A stretch of DNA of 64,000 bases from a bacterium BMS3Abin02 (GTDB taxonomy: Bacteria; Actinomycetota; Acidimicrobiia; Spongiisociales; UBA4744). The stretch's first letter is position 1; the number at the start of each line of letters is the position of its first letter. A program made the translations under genes and the position numbers. The stretch is from assembly GCA_002897675.1 (NCBI GenBank), contig BDSU01000045.1:23282-87281 (forward strand). The letters run 5' to 3'. The notes beneath the pieces are model-generated. The model made no database searches, was not told where the DNA came from, and saw only the letters and a program-made list of their open reading frames with translations. Below, in pieces: positions 10,219 through 22,049 of this stretch.

Positions 10219-10847
10219 TCAGCGTGTTCCTCGTCGATGATCACCAACTGTTTCTCTCCGGCGTGCGAGCGGAGCTGGATCGCTCATTCGAAGTCGCCGG
10301 AGTTGCGTCGGATGTCGACAGAGCGATCGATGAGATCCGGTCGACCAAGCCGGACGTTGTCCTCGTCGACGTTCACATGCCAGGAGGAGGTGGCTTGGCG
10401 GTGGTTGGTGCGGTTCACGAGACAAACCCCGATGTCCGTTTTCTCGCCCTGTCGGTCTCCGACGCCGCCGAGGACGTCATCGCGATGATCCGTGCGGGAG
10501 CACGCGGCTACGTGACGAAGTCGATCAGCCCGGACGATCTCGCCGGGGCGATCCGAAGGGTGCATGACGGCGATGCCGTGTTCTCGCCGAGACTGGCCGG
10601 CTTCGTGCTCGACGCGTTCGCGGATACGATCCCGGCCGAACTCGACCCCGAACTCGATCAGCTCACACCGCGTGAGCGAGAGGTTCTCCGCCTGATCGCG
10701 CGAGGTTACCCGTACAAGCAGGTGGCGAGGAAGCTCTCGATCTCCATCAAGACGGTCGAGTCGCACGTGTCGGCCGTATTGCGGAAGCTTCAGCTCTCAT
10801 CCCGATACGAGTTGACTCGCTGGGCGACGGATCGCCGCCTCATCTAG
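10215..10847 (+). CDS. NarL/LuxR-family response regulator (REC + LuxR HTH)
   Basis: VFLVDDHQLF...VVLVDVHMPGGGG...LSVSD receiver motifs; C-terminal LTPREREVLRLIARGYPYKQVARKLSISIKTVESHVSAVLRKL HTH. Overlaps the HK stop (ATGA). Confidence 0.9.
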   Translation: MISVFLVDDHQLFLSGVRAELDRSFEVAGVASDVDRAIDEIRSTKPDVVLVDVHMPGGGGLAVVGAVHETNPDVRFLALSVSDAAEDVIAMIRAGARGYVTKSISPDDLAGAIRRVHDGDAVFSPRLAGFVLDAFADTIPAELDPELDQLTPREREVLRLIARGYPYKQVARKLSISIKTVESHVSAVLRKLQLSSRYELTRWATDRRLI

Positions 10848-10854
10848 AAACCCC

Positions 10855-10903
10855 GAACCCAGGGTTCGCAGGCACGCTCAGCGCACCTACGAGCCCAGGG
10901 TTC
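10855..10903. repeat. 49-bp palindromic interspersed repeat, copy A
   Basis: gaacccagggttcgcaggcacgc-tca-gcgcacctacgagcccagggttc. Shares both termini and the 3' arm with copies at 18109 and 43077. It lies 8 nt after the response-regulator stop and contains the stop codon of the truncated parA fragment. Confidence 0.8.
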
Positions 10904-11033
10904 AACGATATTGAGGATCGAGATCGACCAGAAGCACATCGAGGCCCAGGTCCACGAAGGCGGCGCCGAGGGTCTGGACGGTCGTCGTCTTGGCGACCCC
11001 ACCCTTCTGGTTGGCGACCGCGATGATGTCCAT
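10902..11033 (-). pseudogene. truncated ParA/Soj-family ATPase fragment (N-terminal 43 aa only, Walker A present)
   Basis: MDIIAVANQKGGVAKTTTVQTLGAAFVDLGLDVLLVDLDPQYR* is a canonical ParA N-terminus with KGGVAKTT, terminated by a stop lying inside the palindromic repeat. The in-frame upstream extension of the track ORF is low-complexity and overlaps the + strand gene. Confidence 0.55.
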
Positions 11034-11232
11034 GGAGGAAGTGTAGGTTGTGTCGGGATGTCGGGATCTGGCAAGAGATCGTCTCCCGACGGTTCCTTGC
11101 GTCGTGGTCGTCGTGGTCTCGGTGCCCCGTGCCGGCGGTGTGTCTGACCGGATCCGACCATCGGCACCGGCCTTCCGACGAGATCGTGGCGAGTCGATTC
11201 CCAGGACCTTATGGTGGACACGGAGGGAAGTG

Positions 11233-11688
11233 ATGACGGAGTTCTGGAGGAGATGGCTGATCGTCGCAGCGGGAGTCACTGCCCTGGCCGGGTTGGGGTT
11301 TGCGGCTTCGGCGGCGGTGGAGGCGACCGGAGTCCTCCGCGCCATCTTCAGGCTCGTCTACCTCCCGGGTGAGCTGCAGGCGCCCGCCGGCGAGGTGGCG
11401 TCGTTCTCGATCGGCGTGGCGGGTGCGGTGATGATGGGTTGGGCCGCGATGATGCTCGTCCTGCTCGGCAGTCGGAATGCGAGCGTCCTGCCCTCGACGT
11501 GGTGGGCGTTGACGGTCGGCTTGCTCGTCTGGTTCGTCGTGGACGCCATTGTGTCGATCACTTCGGGCGCCATCGGCAACGTTGTCCTGAACGTCGCCTT
11601 TCTTGCGCTGTTCACGCCACCCCTCATCCTCACGCGACCCGGCCGCGCCCGAATCGCGGCCGGCGGAACTTCGGCTACCCACACGTAA
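11233..11688 (+). CDS. hypothetical membrane protein (151 aa)
   Basis: Start at the ATG (11233) preceded by GGAGGG; four hydrophobic helices (WLIVAAGVTALAGLGF..., MMGWAAMMLVLLG..., LTVGLLVWFVVDAIV..., VVLNVAFLALF). Confidence 0.45.
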   Translation: MTEFWRRWLIVAAGVTALAGLGFAASAAVEATGVLRAIFRLVYLPGELQAPAGEVASFSIGVAGAVMMGWAAMMLVLLGSRNASVLPSTWWALTVGLLVWFVVDAIVSITSGAIGNVVLNVAFLALFTPPLILTRPGRARIAAGGTSATHT

Positions 11689-11882
11689 TCCCCGGCCGTG
11701 TCCCCATGAGGATCGTATCCCGGGGTACGTCGGCCATGCAGACCGGAGCCCGGATGTGCCAGGGATGATTCACGACGGTGATGTCGTGGTACGGGCCTTC
11801 GCCATGCTCGGACGAGTCTGGGGTGGCACCCGGCACCCCACAGAGGATTGCCGGCACCTGGCCCGGTCGGGGCGGGGATCCG

Positions 11883-12620
11883 TCATGTCTCCGGTCTGCG
11901 GTAGATCGACAGGTGTTGTTCACTGCGCGCGGTGAATGCGTGGCGCTTCCAGTCCTCCCACCGGTGTTCCAGGTCGAGGCCGGCAAGCCGGGCCATGAGA
12001 TCCAGCTCGGCCGGGTATGCGTAGCGAATCGTGACCGGGAAGAAGTCGATCGAGTCTTTGGAGAGGACGATCTTCCGGCTTTGCACGAGCTGGTTCGCCT
12101 GATCGTGCAGATCCACGTTGAGCGTGGCCGATTCCGGCTCGATCTTGGTCACGTAAGTTCTCTGACCACGGTCGAAGCGGGTCAGGTCCGGGATGAACGC
12201 CTCGATCAGGAAGCGTCCTCCCGGCAGGAGGCGGTTGGCGACCCGGCTGAAGCATCGCACCTGGTCGTCCTGGGTGAGCAGTGCGAAGAACGTGTTGAAT
12301 GCCGCGTAGATCAGGGAGAACGAGCCCTCGACGGGAACGTCTGCGAAGTCGCCGATCACGACGGGGATGTCCGCACCTCCGGGTTTCTCCCGAAGCCGGG
12401 CGACCATCGCCGTGGATGCGTCGACACCGTGGACCTCGACTCCACGTGCACGAAGCGGCAGAGCGATTCTGCCGGTGCCGACTCCCAGTTCGAGAACAGG
12501 ACCGGCACCGGCGAGGTCGCTCAGCAGCGCTACGGCGTCACCTGGGTCGAGCTGCTCATACAGATCGTCGTAGACGCCGGCAATGCGGTCACCGTACGTG
12601 CATGCCTCATAAGCGTCCAT
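11883..12620 (-). CDS. class I SAM-dependent methyltransferase
   Basis: Motif I VLELGVGTGRIALPL, acidic loop EVHGVDAS, motif post-II LLPGGRFLIE. Start at MDAYEACTYG, ATG located at 12620. Confidence 0.75.
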   Translation of the reverse strand: MDAYEACTYGDRIAGVYDDLYEQLDPGDAVALLSDLAGAGPVLELGVGTGRIALPLRARGVEVHGVDASTAMVARLREKPGGADIPVVIGDFADVPVEGSFSLIYAAFNTFFALLTQDDQVRCFSRVANRLLPGGRFLIEAFIPDLTRFDRGQRTYVTKIEPESATLNVDLHDQANQLVQSRKIVLSKDSIDFFPVTIRYAYPAELDLMARLAGLDLEHRWEDWKRHAFTARSEQHLSIYRRPET

Positions 12621-12703
12621 ACGCCGATGCTCGCAGAACTCACGGGACGACGCGGGATGTTTTCGAGAGACGCCCGCGGACGTGGGGCGTCTCTCGCTCT
12701 CGT

Positions 12704-13285
12704 TCAGTCCGTATGGATCTCCGTGCCCAGAAGTTCGAGGAACAGCGCCAGCCATTTCGGATGTGCCGGCCAGGCCGGTGCGGTCACGAAGTTCCCGTCG
12801 ACGACTGCATCGTCGATTGCGATGTCCGCGAACTCCGCACCGGCGCTGGTCACGTCTGGTCCTACGGCCGGGTAGGCGGAGATCCGCCGACCATTGATGA
12901 CGCCGGCTGCTGCGAGCACCTGGGCGCCGTGGCAGACCGCAGCGATCGGCTTGTTGTTCTCGGCGAAGTGGCGGGTGACCTCGATGACCTTCGCGTCGAG
13001 CCTGATGTACTCCGGAGCCCGTCCTCCCGCGATCAGCAGGGCGTCGTAGTCGGCAGGATCGACGTCGGCGAACGTGGTGTTGAGGGTGAAGTTGTGCCCG
13101 GGCTTCTCACTGTACGTCTGGTCGCCTTCGAAGTCGTGAATCGCGGTACGGATCTGCTCTCCGCCCGCCTTGTCCGGACACACCGTGTGCACCGTATGAC
13201 CGACCATCTGGAGCGCCTGAAACGGCACCATCGTCTCGTAATCTTCCGCGAAGTCTCCAACGAGCATGAGGATCTTCTTGGCCAT
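12704..13285 (-). CDS. DJ-1/PfpI family protein (intracellular protease/amidase-type glutamine amidotransferase fold)
   Basis: [15 protein letters not shown]...[14 protein letters not shown]...[16 protein letters not shown]; conserved nucleophile-elbow Cys-His. Confidence 0.85.
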   Translation of the reverse strand: MAKKILMLVGDFAEDYETMVPFQALQMVGHTVHTVCPDKAGGEQIRTAIHDFEGDQTYSEKPGHNFTLNTTFADVDPADYDALLIAGGRAPEYIRLDAKVIEVTRHFAENNKPIAAVCHGAQVLAAAGVINGRRISAYPAVGPDVTSAGAEFADIAIDDAVVDGNFVTAPAWPAHPKWLALFLELLGTEIHTD

Positions 13286-13602
13286 GACCTCTCCTTCCTC
13301 ACGACCAACCGTTGGCCGCTCCTACATCCATACTCGCGCGCGCCGGCCCGGGTTGGGACGGGAACGGCGGTTTTTCGGAATCTGTTCGTTCTCGTACGAG
13401 TCGGCGCACAGGGTTCGCCGCGAGAAGGGACGGGGACTCACGGTGACACACCCGTTCGGAAGTGTGGAACCCGGCGTTTTGCCGTGCGAATGCAAATGGG
13501 GATTCCGGCGACGGCCTTCGGTAGCATGGCGTTCAGCACCGGAGCCGCTGGAGCCACGGTTTCCAGCGGCCGCTCTTCAGCCAGAGATTCGAGGAGATCA
13601 CG

Positions 13603-16314
<2,712 letters not shown>

Positions 16315-16330
16315 CCACACCGGTATCGAC

Positions 16331-16366
16331 ACGAGAGGGGCGCCCGGCCGGGCGCCCCTCTCGTGT
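16331..16366. terminator. perfect 36-nt GC-rich palindrome (bidirectional terminator candidate) between convergent ppdK and the anti-sigma gene
   Basis: cacgagaggggcgcccgg|ccgggcgcccctctcgtg; perfect 18-bp arms; 17 nt after the ppdK stop. Confidence 0.55.
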
Positions 16367-16385
16367 GGATGATCACAGGCGGTGC

Positions 16386-17384
16386 TTATGGATGTGTGGT
16401 TCCCGGACCAGAACCGTTTCCGCCCGAATCGCCGGTCCCATCTCGGAGGCCGGCGTCCGAACCGGACGTGGCCGGCATCGTCGTTGGATTCGTCGGCATG
16501 GTCGGCATTGCCGGGACGGTGATCGTCGGTCTGGTCGGCATCTCGGGGACGGTGATCGTTGGTCTGGTCGGCATCTCGGGGACGGTGATCGTTGTGGTCG
16601 GCCGTCCCACCTCCTGCTTCATCTGGCGGGTCATCTCTTGGGTTGTCTCTCGAACTTGCCGTGCCGTTTCCGCCACATGTTGAACGTTGATGTCCTGCTG
16701 CTTCATCTCTTGAGACATGAGTCGCAGCATCTCGGCCACTTGATCCCGGTACTCCTGGGTGGCCTGGTACCCCTTGGCGTCGGTGTGCTGGGCGGCGACA
16801 TGTGCAGCCGCCTCCTCGAGCGCCGAAGCGGCCTGCTCGAGACCGCGGTCGCGGTCGACTCTCCCGATTGCCTTGCCTGCGAACTCGAGGCCTTCTGCGA
16901 TGTGGTCCTGAGCAACAAGTCGCTGTGCTTCCTGGAGCCGTTCGGTCGTACCACCGTTGAACACGCCGACATGCTCGAGAGCGATGTCGACTCCGTACAA
17001 GGGATCGCCGGGCGCCGACTGATTCGCGATAGCGCCGACTCCACCCGTCACAGCGGCCAGCGCAACGGATGCAGCCAGCACCTTGGTCAGGATGGTGAAT
17101 ATGAAACTCGTGAACACGGTGCGTCTCCTCCATCGATATCTCTTTGATTCCCGGCTTCTGGCCGGGCGTGGGGAGAGACGGGCGGCTTCCGCAGCCGCGA
17201 CGATCTGCCGGGCGCCCAGCGCCGGATCGACGGATTCGGAACCGGTGTCCCGAATCCGTTCGACCAGCGCCGCGACATCGGCAAGGTCGGCAAGAGCGGA
17301 CCCGTTGAGGATCGCCTCGATCTCCTGGTCGCTGAGGCTGTGGAACTTTGCCATCTCGTGTTCGTTACCGTTCGAGCGTCTCAA
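16386..17384 (-). CDS. anti-sigma factor-like membrane protein with a Pro/Thr-rich repeat C-terminus
   Basis: Immediately downstream of, and overlapping (ATGA), the ECF sigma gene. Single TM segment (RRTVFTSFIFTILTKVLAASVALAAVTGGVGAI). Extracytoplasmic tail has ITVPEMPTRPT x3 encoded by a 33-bp tandem DNA repeat at ~16480-16580. Start could instead be Met-11 (MAKFHSL, 17354). Confidence 0.55.
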   Translation of the reverse strand: MRRSNGNEHEMAKFHSLSDQEIEAILNGSALADLADVAALVERIRDTGSESVDPALGARQIVAAAEAARLSPRPARSRESKRYRWRRRTVFTSFIFTILTKVLAASVALAAVTGGVGAIANQSAPGDPLYGVDIALEHVGVFNGGTTERLQEAQRLVAQDHIAEGLEFAGKAIGRVDRDRGLEQAASALEEAAAHVAAQHTDAKGYQATQEYRDQVAEMLRLMSQEMKQQDINVQHVAETARQVRETTQEMTRQMKQEVGRPTTTITVPEMPTRPTITVPEMPTRPTITVPAMPTMPTNPTTMPATSGSDAGLRDGTGDSGGNGSGPGTTHP

Positions 17385-17941
17385 AGGGGTACGTCCTTTG
17401 CGAGCTCTTTTCGGAGGGCGTTCAGTCCCCGACGCTGGAGCGCCTTGACCGCGCCGGGACGCTTTCTCAGGATGTGCGCGATCTCCGTCACGGTGAGCCC
17501 CCCGATGATGCGCAGAGTGAGGACGTCACGTTGGTCATGCGAGAGACCTTTGAGGCTCTGTCGAATATCCCTCGTAGCCAGGTCCGTCATTGCTTCGGCT
17601 TCGGCGGATTGCCGAGGGTCCGATATTGCATCGAGCTCCTGGTCCTCACCGATGAGATGTTCCCTGTGCCGGGATCGTTTGCGTCGTTCATCGATGAGAC
17701 GGTGGTGGGCGACCATGAAGACCCAGGAGCGGAAGGCGGCCTCGTCACCTTTGAATGTCCCGATGTTTCGGGCCAGTTGGAGGAACACGTCGCCAAGGCG
17801 GTCTTCAGGGTCGGAGGCGCCGCGTGATCTGAGGTAACCGAGAACCTGTCCGGCGAGGTCGTGGTAGAGCACTTCCCACGCCCATTCGGCCCCCGTCTGG
17901 GCGGAGGCGAGTACAGAATCGAAACTTGGCCCGATCACCAT
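17381..17941 (-). CDS. ECF (sigma-70 family) RNA polymerase sigma factor
   Basis: Region 2 (VFLQLARNIGTFKGDEAAFRSWVFMVAHHRLIDERRKR) and region 4 HTH (QRDVLTLRIIGGLTVTEIAHILRKRPGAVKALQRRGLNALRK). Start at Met MVIGPSF, ATG found at 17941. Confidence 0.85.
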   Translation of the reverse strand: MVIGPSFDSVLASAQTGAEWAWEVLYHDLAGQVLGYLRSRGASDPEDRLGDVFLQLARNIGTFKGDEAAFRSWVFMVAHHRLIDERRKRSRHREHLIGEDQELDAISDPRQSAEAEAMTDLATRDIRQSLKGLSHDQRDVLTLRIIGGLTVTEIAHILRKRPGAVKALQRRGLNALRKELAKDVPL

Positions 17942-18108
17942 GTGGAGAAGAGTACGGCCGCGCCTGCAATCACAAAACCGGCCAGAGCGATGCGGGATCG
18001 TGTGCATCTCTCGGATGTCGCGGCAGGCCGCAGCGGTGCGAGGCCCCGTGCATGTACTCGTTACCGCCGAACGGTGACAAAAGGGTACGGCCGCCCCCCA
18101 CACTCATT

Positions 18109-18157
18109 GAACCCAGGGCTCAGGGACACCCACAGGGTCACTACGAGCCCAGGGTTC
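18109..18157. repeat. 49-bp palindromic interspersed repeat, copy B (most divergent 5' arm)
   Basis: gaacccagggctcagggacacccacagggtcactacgagcccagggttc; same length and termini as copies A and C; lies between the upstream membrane-protein stop and the ECF sigma start. Confidence 0.75.
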
Positions 18158-18179
18158 AGTCGTGGCGGCCGCCGAGGGA

Positions 18180-18968
18180 CTACCAGCCGACCCAGACCCC
18201 GAGAGCGGTGAGCAGCGCAACCATCAGGCCGACACCCATCTGGGTCCAACCGACGACCTTGGCAGGAACCGGCGGTCTGGTCAGTGAGACGATCGCGACG
18301 ATACCGAGCAGGCCGATCGCCACCGCGCCGAGCCATGGGAGCATTCCGACGGCGGCGCCTGCCGCAACGACCCCGAAGGCTGCGAGCTGCACCAGGTAGA
18401 TCCGCGCTCGATCGATCGACTTGTCCTTGAAACGGCGAACCATGCCCCGTGCAAGGACGATTGCAGCGACGTCTCTTGCCGCGAGGACGAGCCACAGTCC
18501 GAACGCCGGGATCCACTCCCATCCTGCCCCAATCGCGATCGCGGCCACGGTGGAGCCCATGGCGATCGATCCGGCCAGTTGCGGGGCCAGCGCGCGGTTG
18601 CGGCTGTGGGCGTCCGCCCGCAAGGAGAAGGCCGCAAAAGGCAGAGCGACGACCAGCGGCCACCAGAATGGGCCGAGCGTGGTGACAATGGCACCGGCAG
18701 CACCGGCGATTGCCACCGCCGAGTAGACGGCCGCGACTGCAAGCGCAGTGGTGGACCGGGGAAGCCATCGACCGCGGATGACATCGGTGGAGAACAGTTT
18801 GACGGGCCGTCGAGCCAGGAAGACGCCAAGCGCGGCCGCCGCGATTTCCCAGCCTGCCGGCGACGGCGCGACGAGGAGTCCCAAGATGATCGGCTCCAGC
18901 GTGAAGCCCCACCCGCCGTGCTCAGTCGGCATCGCCACCGACCGTAGGCGAACGGAAGGAGTGGTCAT
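18180..18968 (-). CDS. hypothetical polytopic membrane protein
   Basis: About 8 hydrophobic helices; start chosen at Met MTTPSVRL, which gives an ATGA overlap with the tag gene stop. The track ORF extends further upstream through low-complexity sequence. Confidence 0.45.
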   Translation of the reverse strand: MTTPSVRLRSVAMPTEHGGWGFTLEPIILGLLVAPSPAGWEIAAAALGVFLARRPVKLFSTDVIRGRWLPRSTTALAVAAVYSAVAIAGAAGAIVTTLGPFWWPLVVALPFAAFSLRADAHSRNRALAPQLAGSIAMGSTVAAIAIGAGWEWIPAFGLWLVLAARDVAAIVLARGMVRRFKDKSIDRARIYLVQLAAFGVVAAGAAVGMLPWLGAVAIGLLGIVAIVSLTRPPVPAKVVGWTQMGVGLMVALLTALGVWVGW

Positions 18969-19561
18969 CGCAGTTTCGCCGCCTCGACGGCCGACCTGAT
19001 CGAACAGCCATCGAGATGATCGTTCGTCATGCCGATGGCCTGCATGAAGGCGTAGATGACGGTCGGCCCGACGAACTTCCAACCCCGGCTGCGGAGATCC
19101 GCGCTCAGCGTCTTGGACTCTTCGGTGACGGCGGGGATGTCGTAGGTGGGGGCCTGCCCAGGAGTCGGTGCGAAACGCCACAGGTATGTCGCCAGGGATC
19201 CGAACTCGTCGATCATTCCCAGAGCGAGTCGGGCATTGGTGATCGTCGCTTCGATCTTGCCTCTGTGCCGGATGATGCCCGGATTCGCCAGCAGAGCCTC
19301 GACGTCTCCGCTGTCATAGGACGCCACCGTCTCGATGTCGAAACCATCGAAAGCTTCCCGAAAGGCCTCCCGCTTGCGCAGAATCGTGATCCAGGCGAGC
19401 CCTGCCTGGAAGGCGTCGAGGCTGATCTTCTGGAATAGGGCCCGGTCGTCGGTTACCGGGTAACCCCACTCGTCGTCGTGGTAGGCCACGTACAGGGGAT
19501 CGTCCCCCGGCCACCAGCAGCGGACGACCCCGTCGGGTCCGATTCGCAGTCGATCGTTCAT
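18965..19561 (-). CDS. tag: DNA-3-methyladenine glycosylase I
   Basis: VVRCWWPGDDPLYVAYHDDEWGYPVTDDRALFQKISLDAFQAGLAWITILRKREAFREAFDGFD...GIIRHRGKIEATITNA...FVGPTVIYAFMQAIGMTNDH is the hallmark Tag sequence. ATG located at 19561. Confidence 0.85.
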   Translation of the reverse strand: MNDRLRIGPDGVVRCWWPGDDPLYVAYHDDEWGYPVTDDRALFQKISLDAFQAGLAWITILRKREAFREAFDGFDIETVASYDSGDVEALLANPGIIRHRGKIEATITNARLALGMIDEFGSLATYLWRFAPTPGQAPTYDIPAVTEESKTLSADLRSRGWKFVGPTVIYAFMQAIGMTNDHLDGCSIRSAVEAAKLR

Positions 19562-19572
19562 CGGCAAGATGA

Positions 19573-20115
19573 TACGGGGATTGGAATCCGACGGCCTGTC
19601 GACTGGACGCCGGACGTTACCCGACGATCGCGCACGGATTCCCTGCTCGCCTCGTCGTCGCGGGCCTGTACGGGTATGTCTCGGCGACAAAGTGGCTGAC
19701 CGAGATCGAGCTGACGACTTGGGAAGCGTTCGACGCGTATTGGATTCCGAGGGGCTGGGCGAAGGAGGCTCCAATCAAGACCCAATCGAGAATCGATGTG
19801 CCGGCTCCAGGGAGGGTCGTCATCGAGGGACGTCGACCCGTCGCGGGTGTCGCTTGGGCGCCGACGAAGGGGGTGGGCAAGGTTGAGGTGCAGATCGATG
19901 ACGGGTCGTGGCAGATGGCCCGACTCGGCGACGATGTCGGCGCCGAGTCCTGGCGTCAATGGGTTCTGGACTGGGATGCAACGCCCGGCGACCACACGAT
20001 CTCCGTGCGGGCGACCGACGGTGACGGTGTAGTTCAAGACGGGCAGCGCCAGACATCGCGACCCGACGGAGCGACCGGATGGCACACGGTGCGTGTCGTC
20101 GTCCGACGTGCCTGA
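19573..20115 (+). pseudogene. C-terminal remnant (~180 aa) of a sulfite-oxidase-family molybdopterin oxidoreductase (MsrP/YedY/SUOX-like) with no N-terminus or start codon
   Basis: Frame continues upstream of the track ORF to a stop at 19570-19572 with no ATG. Translation ...GRYPTIAHGFPARLVVAGLYGYVSATKWLTEIELTTWEAFDAYWIPRGWAKEAPIKTQSRIDVP...GDHTISVRATDGDG matches the Moco-domain C-terminus plus the Ig-like dimerisation domain. It abuts the tag start codon. Confidence 0.55.
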
Positions 20116-20118
20116 CCA

Positions 20119-20148
20119 GCGCAGGTGCCCGGTACCGGGCACCTGCGC
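20119..20148. terminator. perfect 30-nt palindrome (bidirectional terminator candidate)
   Basis: gcgcaggtgcccgg|taccgggcacctgcgc between the convergent Mo-enzyme remnant and the acyl-CoA dehydrogenase stop. Confidence 0.5.
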
Positions 20149-21945
20149 TCAGAACTGCTCGGGTTCGAGAGCGGCCAGTAGATCATTGCCCGCGGTGACC
20201 GCTCCGAAGAGCGCGGCATCCTGGGGGAGGAGCTGCTCGGCATAGAAGCGTGCCGTGACGATCTTCGCTTCGAGGAACTCCTTGTTCTCGGCGCCCTCGT
20301 CCAGCAGCGCCGACGCAATGAGTGCCTCTCGTGCCAAGTAGTAGGCGCCGAGGGTCGACCCGAGCATGCGCAGGTAGGGAGTTGCCCCCGCGAGCGCCTG
20401 GTTGGGATCCTGCATCCCGTTCGTCGCAAGCCAACCCGTTGCCTTTTCGACCGCTTCGACTGCCGAAGACAGATTGGTGCGAATGAGAGAGAATCGTTCC
20501 CCGGCGGCTTCGAGTTCACCGTCGATCGCCTTCATCTCGGCGATGAGGCCCATGATCGTTGCCCCGCTCGCCATCGGGAGTCTTCGTCCGACCAGGTCCA
20601 TGGCCTGAATGCCGTTGGTTCCCTCGTAGATCGGGCCGATACGCGCGTCCCGGTAGTACTGAGGGATGCCGCTGTCCTCGATGAACCCCATGCCCCCGTA
20701 GACCTGCGAGGCCAGGCCGGTGATCTCGATACCCATGTCGGTCAGCCACGCCTTGGTGATCGGTGTGAGCAACTCGGCGAACAGTTGGTTCTTCTGCCGT
20801 TCCGATTCATCCGGGTGGCTTGTGGCCAGATCGAAGGCAAGCGCGTTGGTGAGCTCGATGGCTCGCATCGCGTCGAGCTTCGCTTTCATCGTCATGAGCA
20901 TTCGTCGCACATCCGGGTGCTCGATGATCGCGACGGAAACGGTCTTGGGTGCACCGATCGGTCGCCCCTGAATCCTTTCCTGTGCGTATTGCACGGCGTT
21001 CTGGTAGGCGACCTCACCGATGCCGGTGCCGCTGATACCCACTTCGACCCTGGCCGCGTTCATCATCGTGAACATGTAGTGCATGCCCTTGTGCTCTTCG
21101 CCAACGATGTAGCCGACGGCACCGTCGCCGTCGTCTCCGTACGCGATCACGCAGGTCGCCGATGCCCTGATCCCCAACTTGTGCTCGATCGACACGGTCT
21201 TCACGTCGTTACGTTCGCCAAGCGATCCATCTGGATTCACGAGATACTTCGGTACGACGAACATGCTGATTCCCTTGGTGCCCGGGGGGGAGTCCGGCGT
21301 CCTGGCCAACACCAGATGGATGATGTTCTCTGTGATGTCTTGGTCGCCCCACGAGATGAACGATTTCGTACCGGTCAAGCGGTAGGTACCATCCGGCTGA
21401 GGGATCGCCTTCGTGATGAGCGCGCCGACGTCCGATCCGGCTTGGGGCTCGGTGAGGTTCATGGTCCCTGACCATTCGCCGGATACGAGTTTCGGGACGA
21501 ACGTCGCGACCAGATCGTCGGAAGCGTGTTCGATGAGCGCGTGCGCGGCCCCTTGGGTGAGCCCGAGCATGATCGAGAGACTGGCGTTCGTGGAATCGAG
21601 CATCTCCGTGATCGCAGCGACGATGACCTGGGGGAGTTGACCGCCACCGTGTGCTTCGTCGAAGGGGGTGCTGAGCCATCCGTTCCGGGCGGCCATCTCA
21701 TACGCTTCTTTGAAGCCTTCGGGTGCGGTGACCGCACCATCCGCGAAGGTGGAACCGACTTCGTCGCCCGGTTTGTTGAGGGGGAACCATTGTTCTGTCA
21801 GGAACTTGCCGGCTTCGCTGAGAATCGCGTCGATGAGATCGGCGTCCAGCTCCGAATAGCGAGGGAGTGCGGTGAGGCGTTCGAGGCCGAGGAGGTGATT
21901 GAGGACGAAGCTGAATTCGTCGAGGGGTGGTGCGTAGACAGTCAT
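20149..21945 (-). CDS. long-chain acyl-CoA dehydrogenase (AidB/FadE5-like, with C-terminal extension)
   Basis: 598 aa. ACAD N-terminal, middle (SGEWSGTMNLTEPQAGSDVGAL...GTKSFISWGDQD) and C-terminal domains (YGGMGFIEDSGIPQYYRDARIGPIYEGTNGIQAMDLV), plus a ~150-aa C-terminal extension. Confidence 0.9.
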   Translation of the reverse strand: MTVYAPPLDEFSFVLNHLLGLERLTALPRYSELDADLIDAILSEAGKFLTEQWFPLNKPGDEVGSTFADGAVTAPEGFKEAYEMAARNGWLSTPFDEAHGGGQLPQVIVAAITEMLDSTNASLSIMLGLTQGAAHALIEHASDDLVATFVPKLVSGEWSGTMNLTEPQAGSDVGALITKAIPQPDGTYRLTGTKSFISWGDQDITENIIHLVLARTPDSPPGTKGISMFVVPKYLVNPDGSLGERNDVKTVSIEHKLGIRASATCVIAYGDDGDGAVGYIVGEEHKGMHYMFTMMNAARVEVGISGTGIGEVAYQNAVQYAQERIQGRPIGAPKTVSVAIIEHPDVRRMLMTMKAKLDAMRAIELTNALAFDLATSHPDESERQKNQLFAELLTPITKAWLTDMGIEITGLASQVYGGMGFIEDSGIPQYYRDARIGPIYEGTNGIQAMDLVGRRLPMASGATIMGLIAEMKAIDGELEAAGERFSLIRTNLSSAVEAVEKATGWLATNGMQDPNQALAGATPYLRMLGSTLGAYYLAREALIASALLDEGAENKEFLEAKIVTARFYAEQLLPQDAALFGAVTAGNDLLAALEPEQF

Positions 21946-22049
21946 CGCTTCCCTTTCTGTATCACCTGGAGGACCGTGCGGTCACTCCGTGTGGATCAAC
22001 CCGGGAAACCCGGGATAGTTTGCCATTGTTTGCATTATCGCATTTTCTG

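Noticed and set aside
18061-18912. 283-aa and 182-aa minus-strand ORFs overlapping the membrane protein gene
   Set aside because: They overlap a hydrophobic, codon-consistent membrane-protein frame and are themselves Arg-rich low-complexity; treated as GC-driven spurious ORFs.
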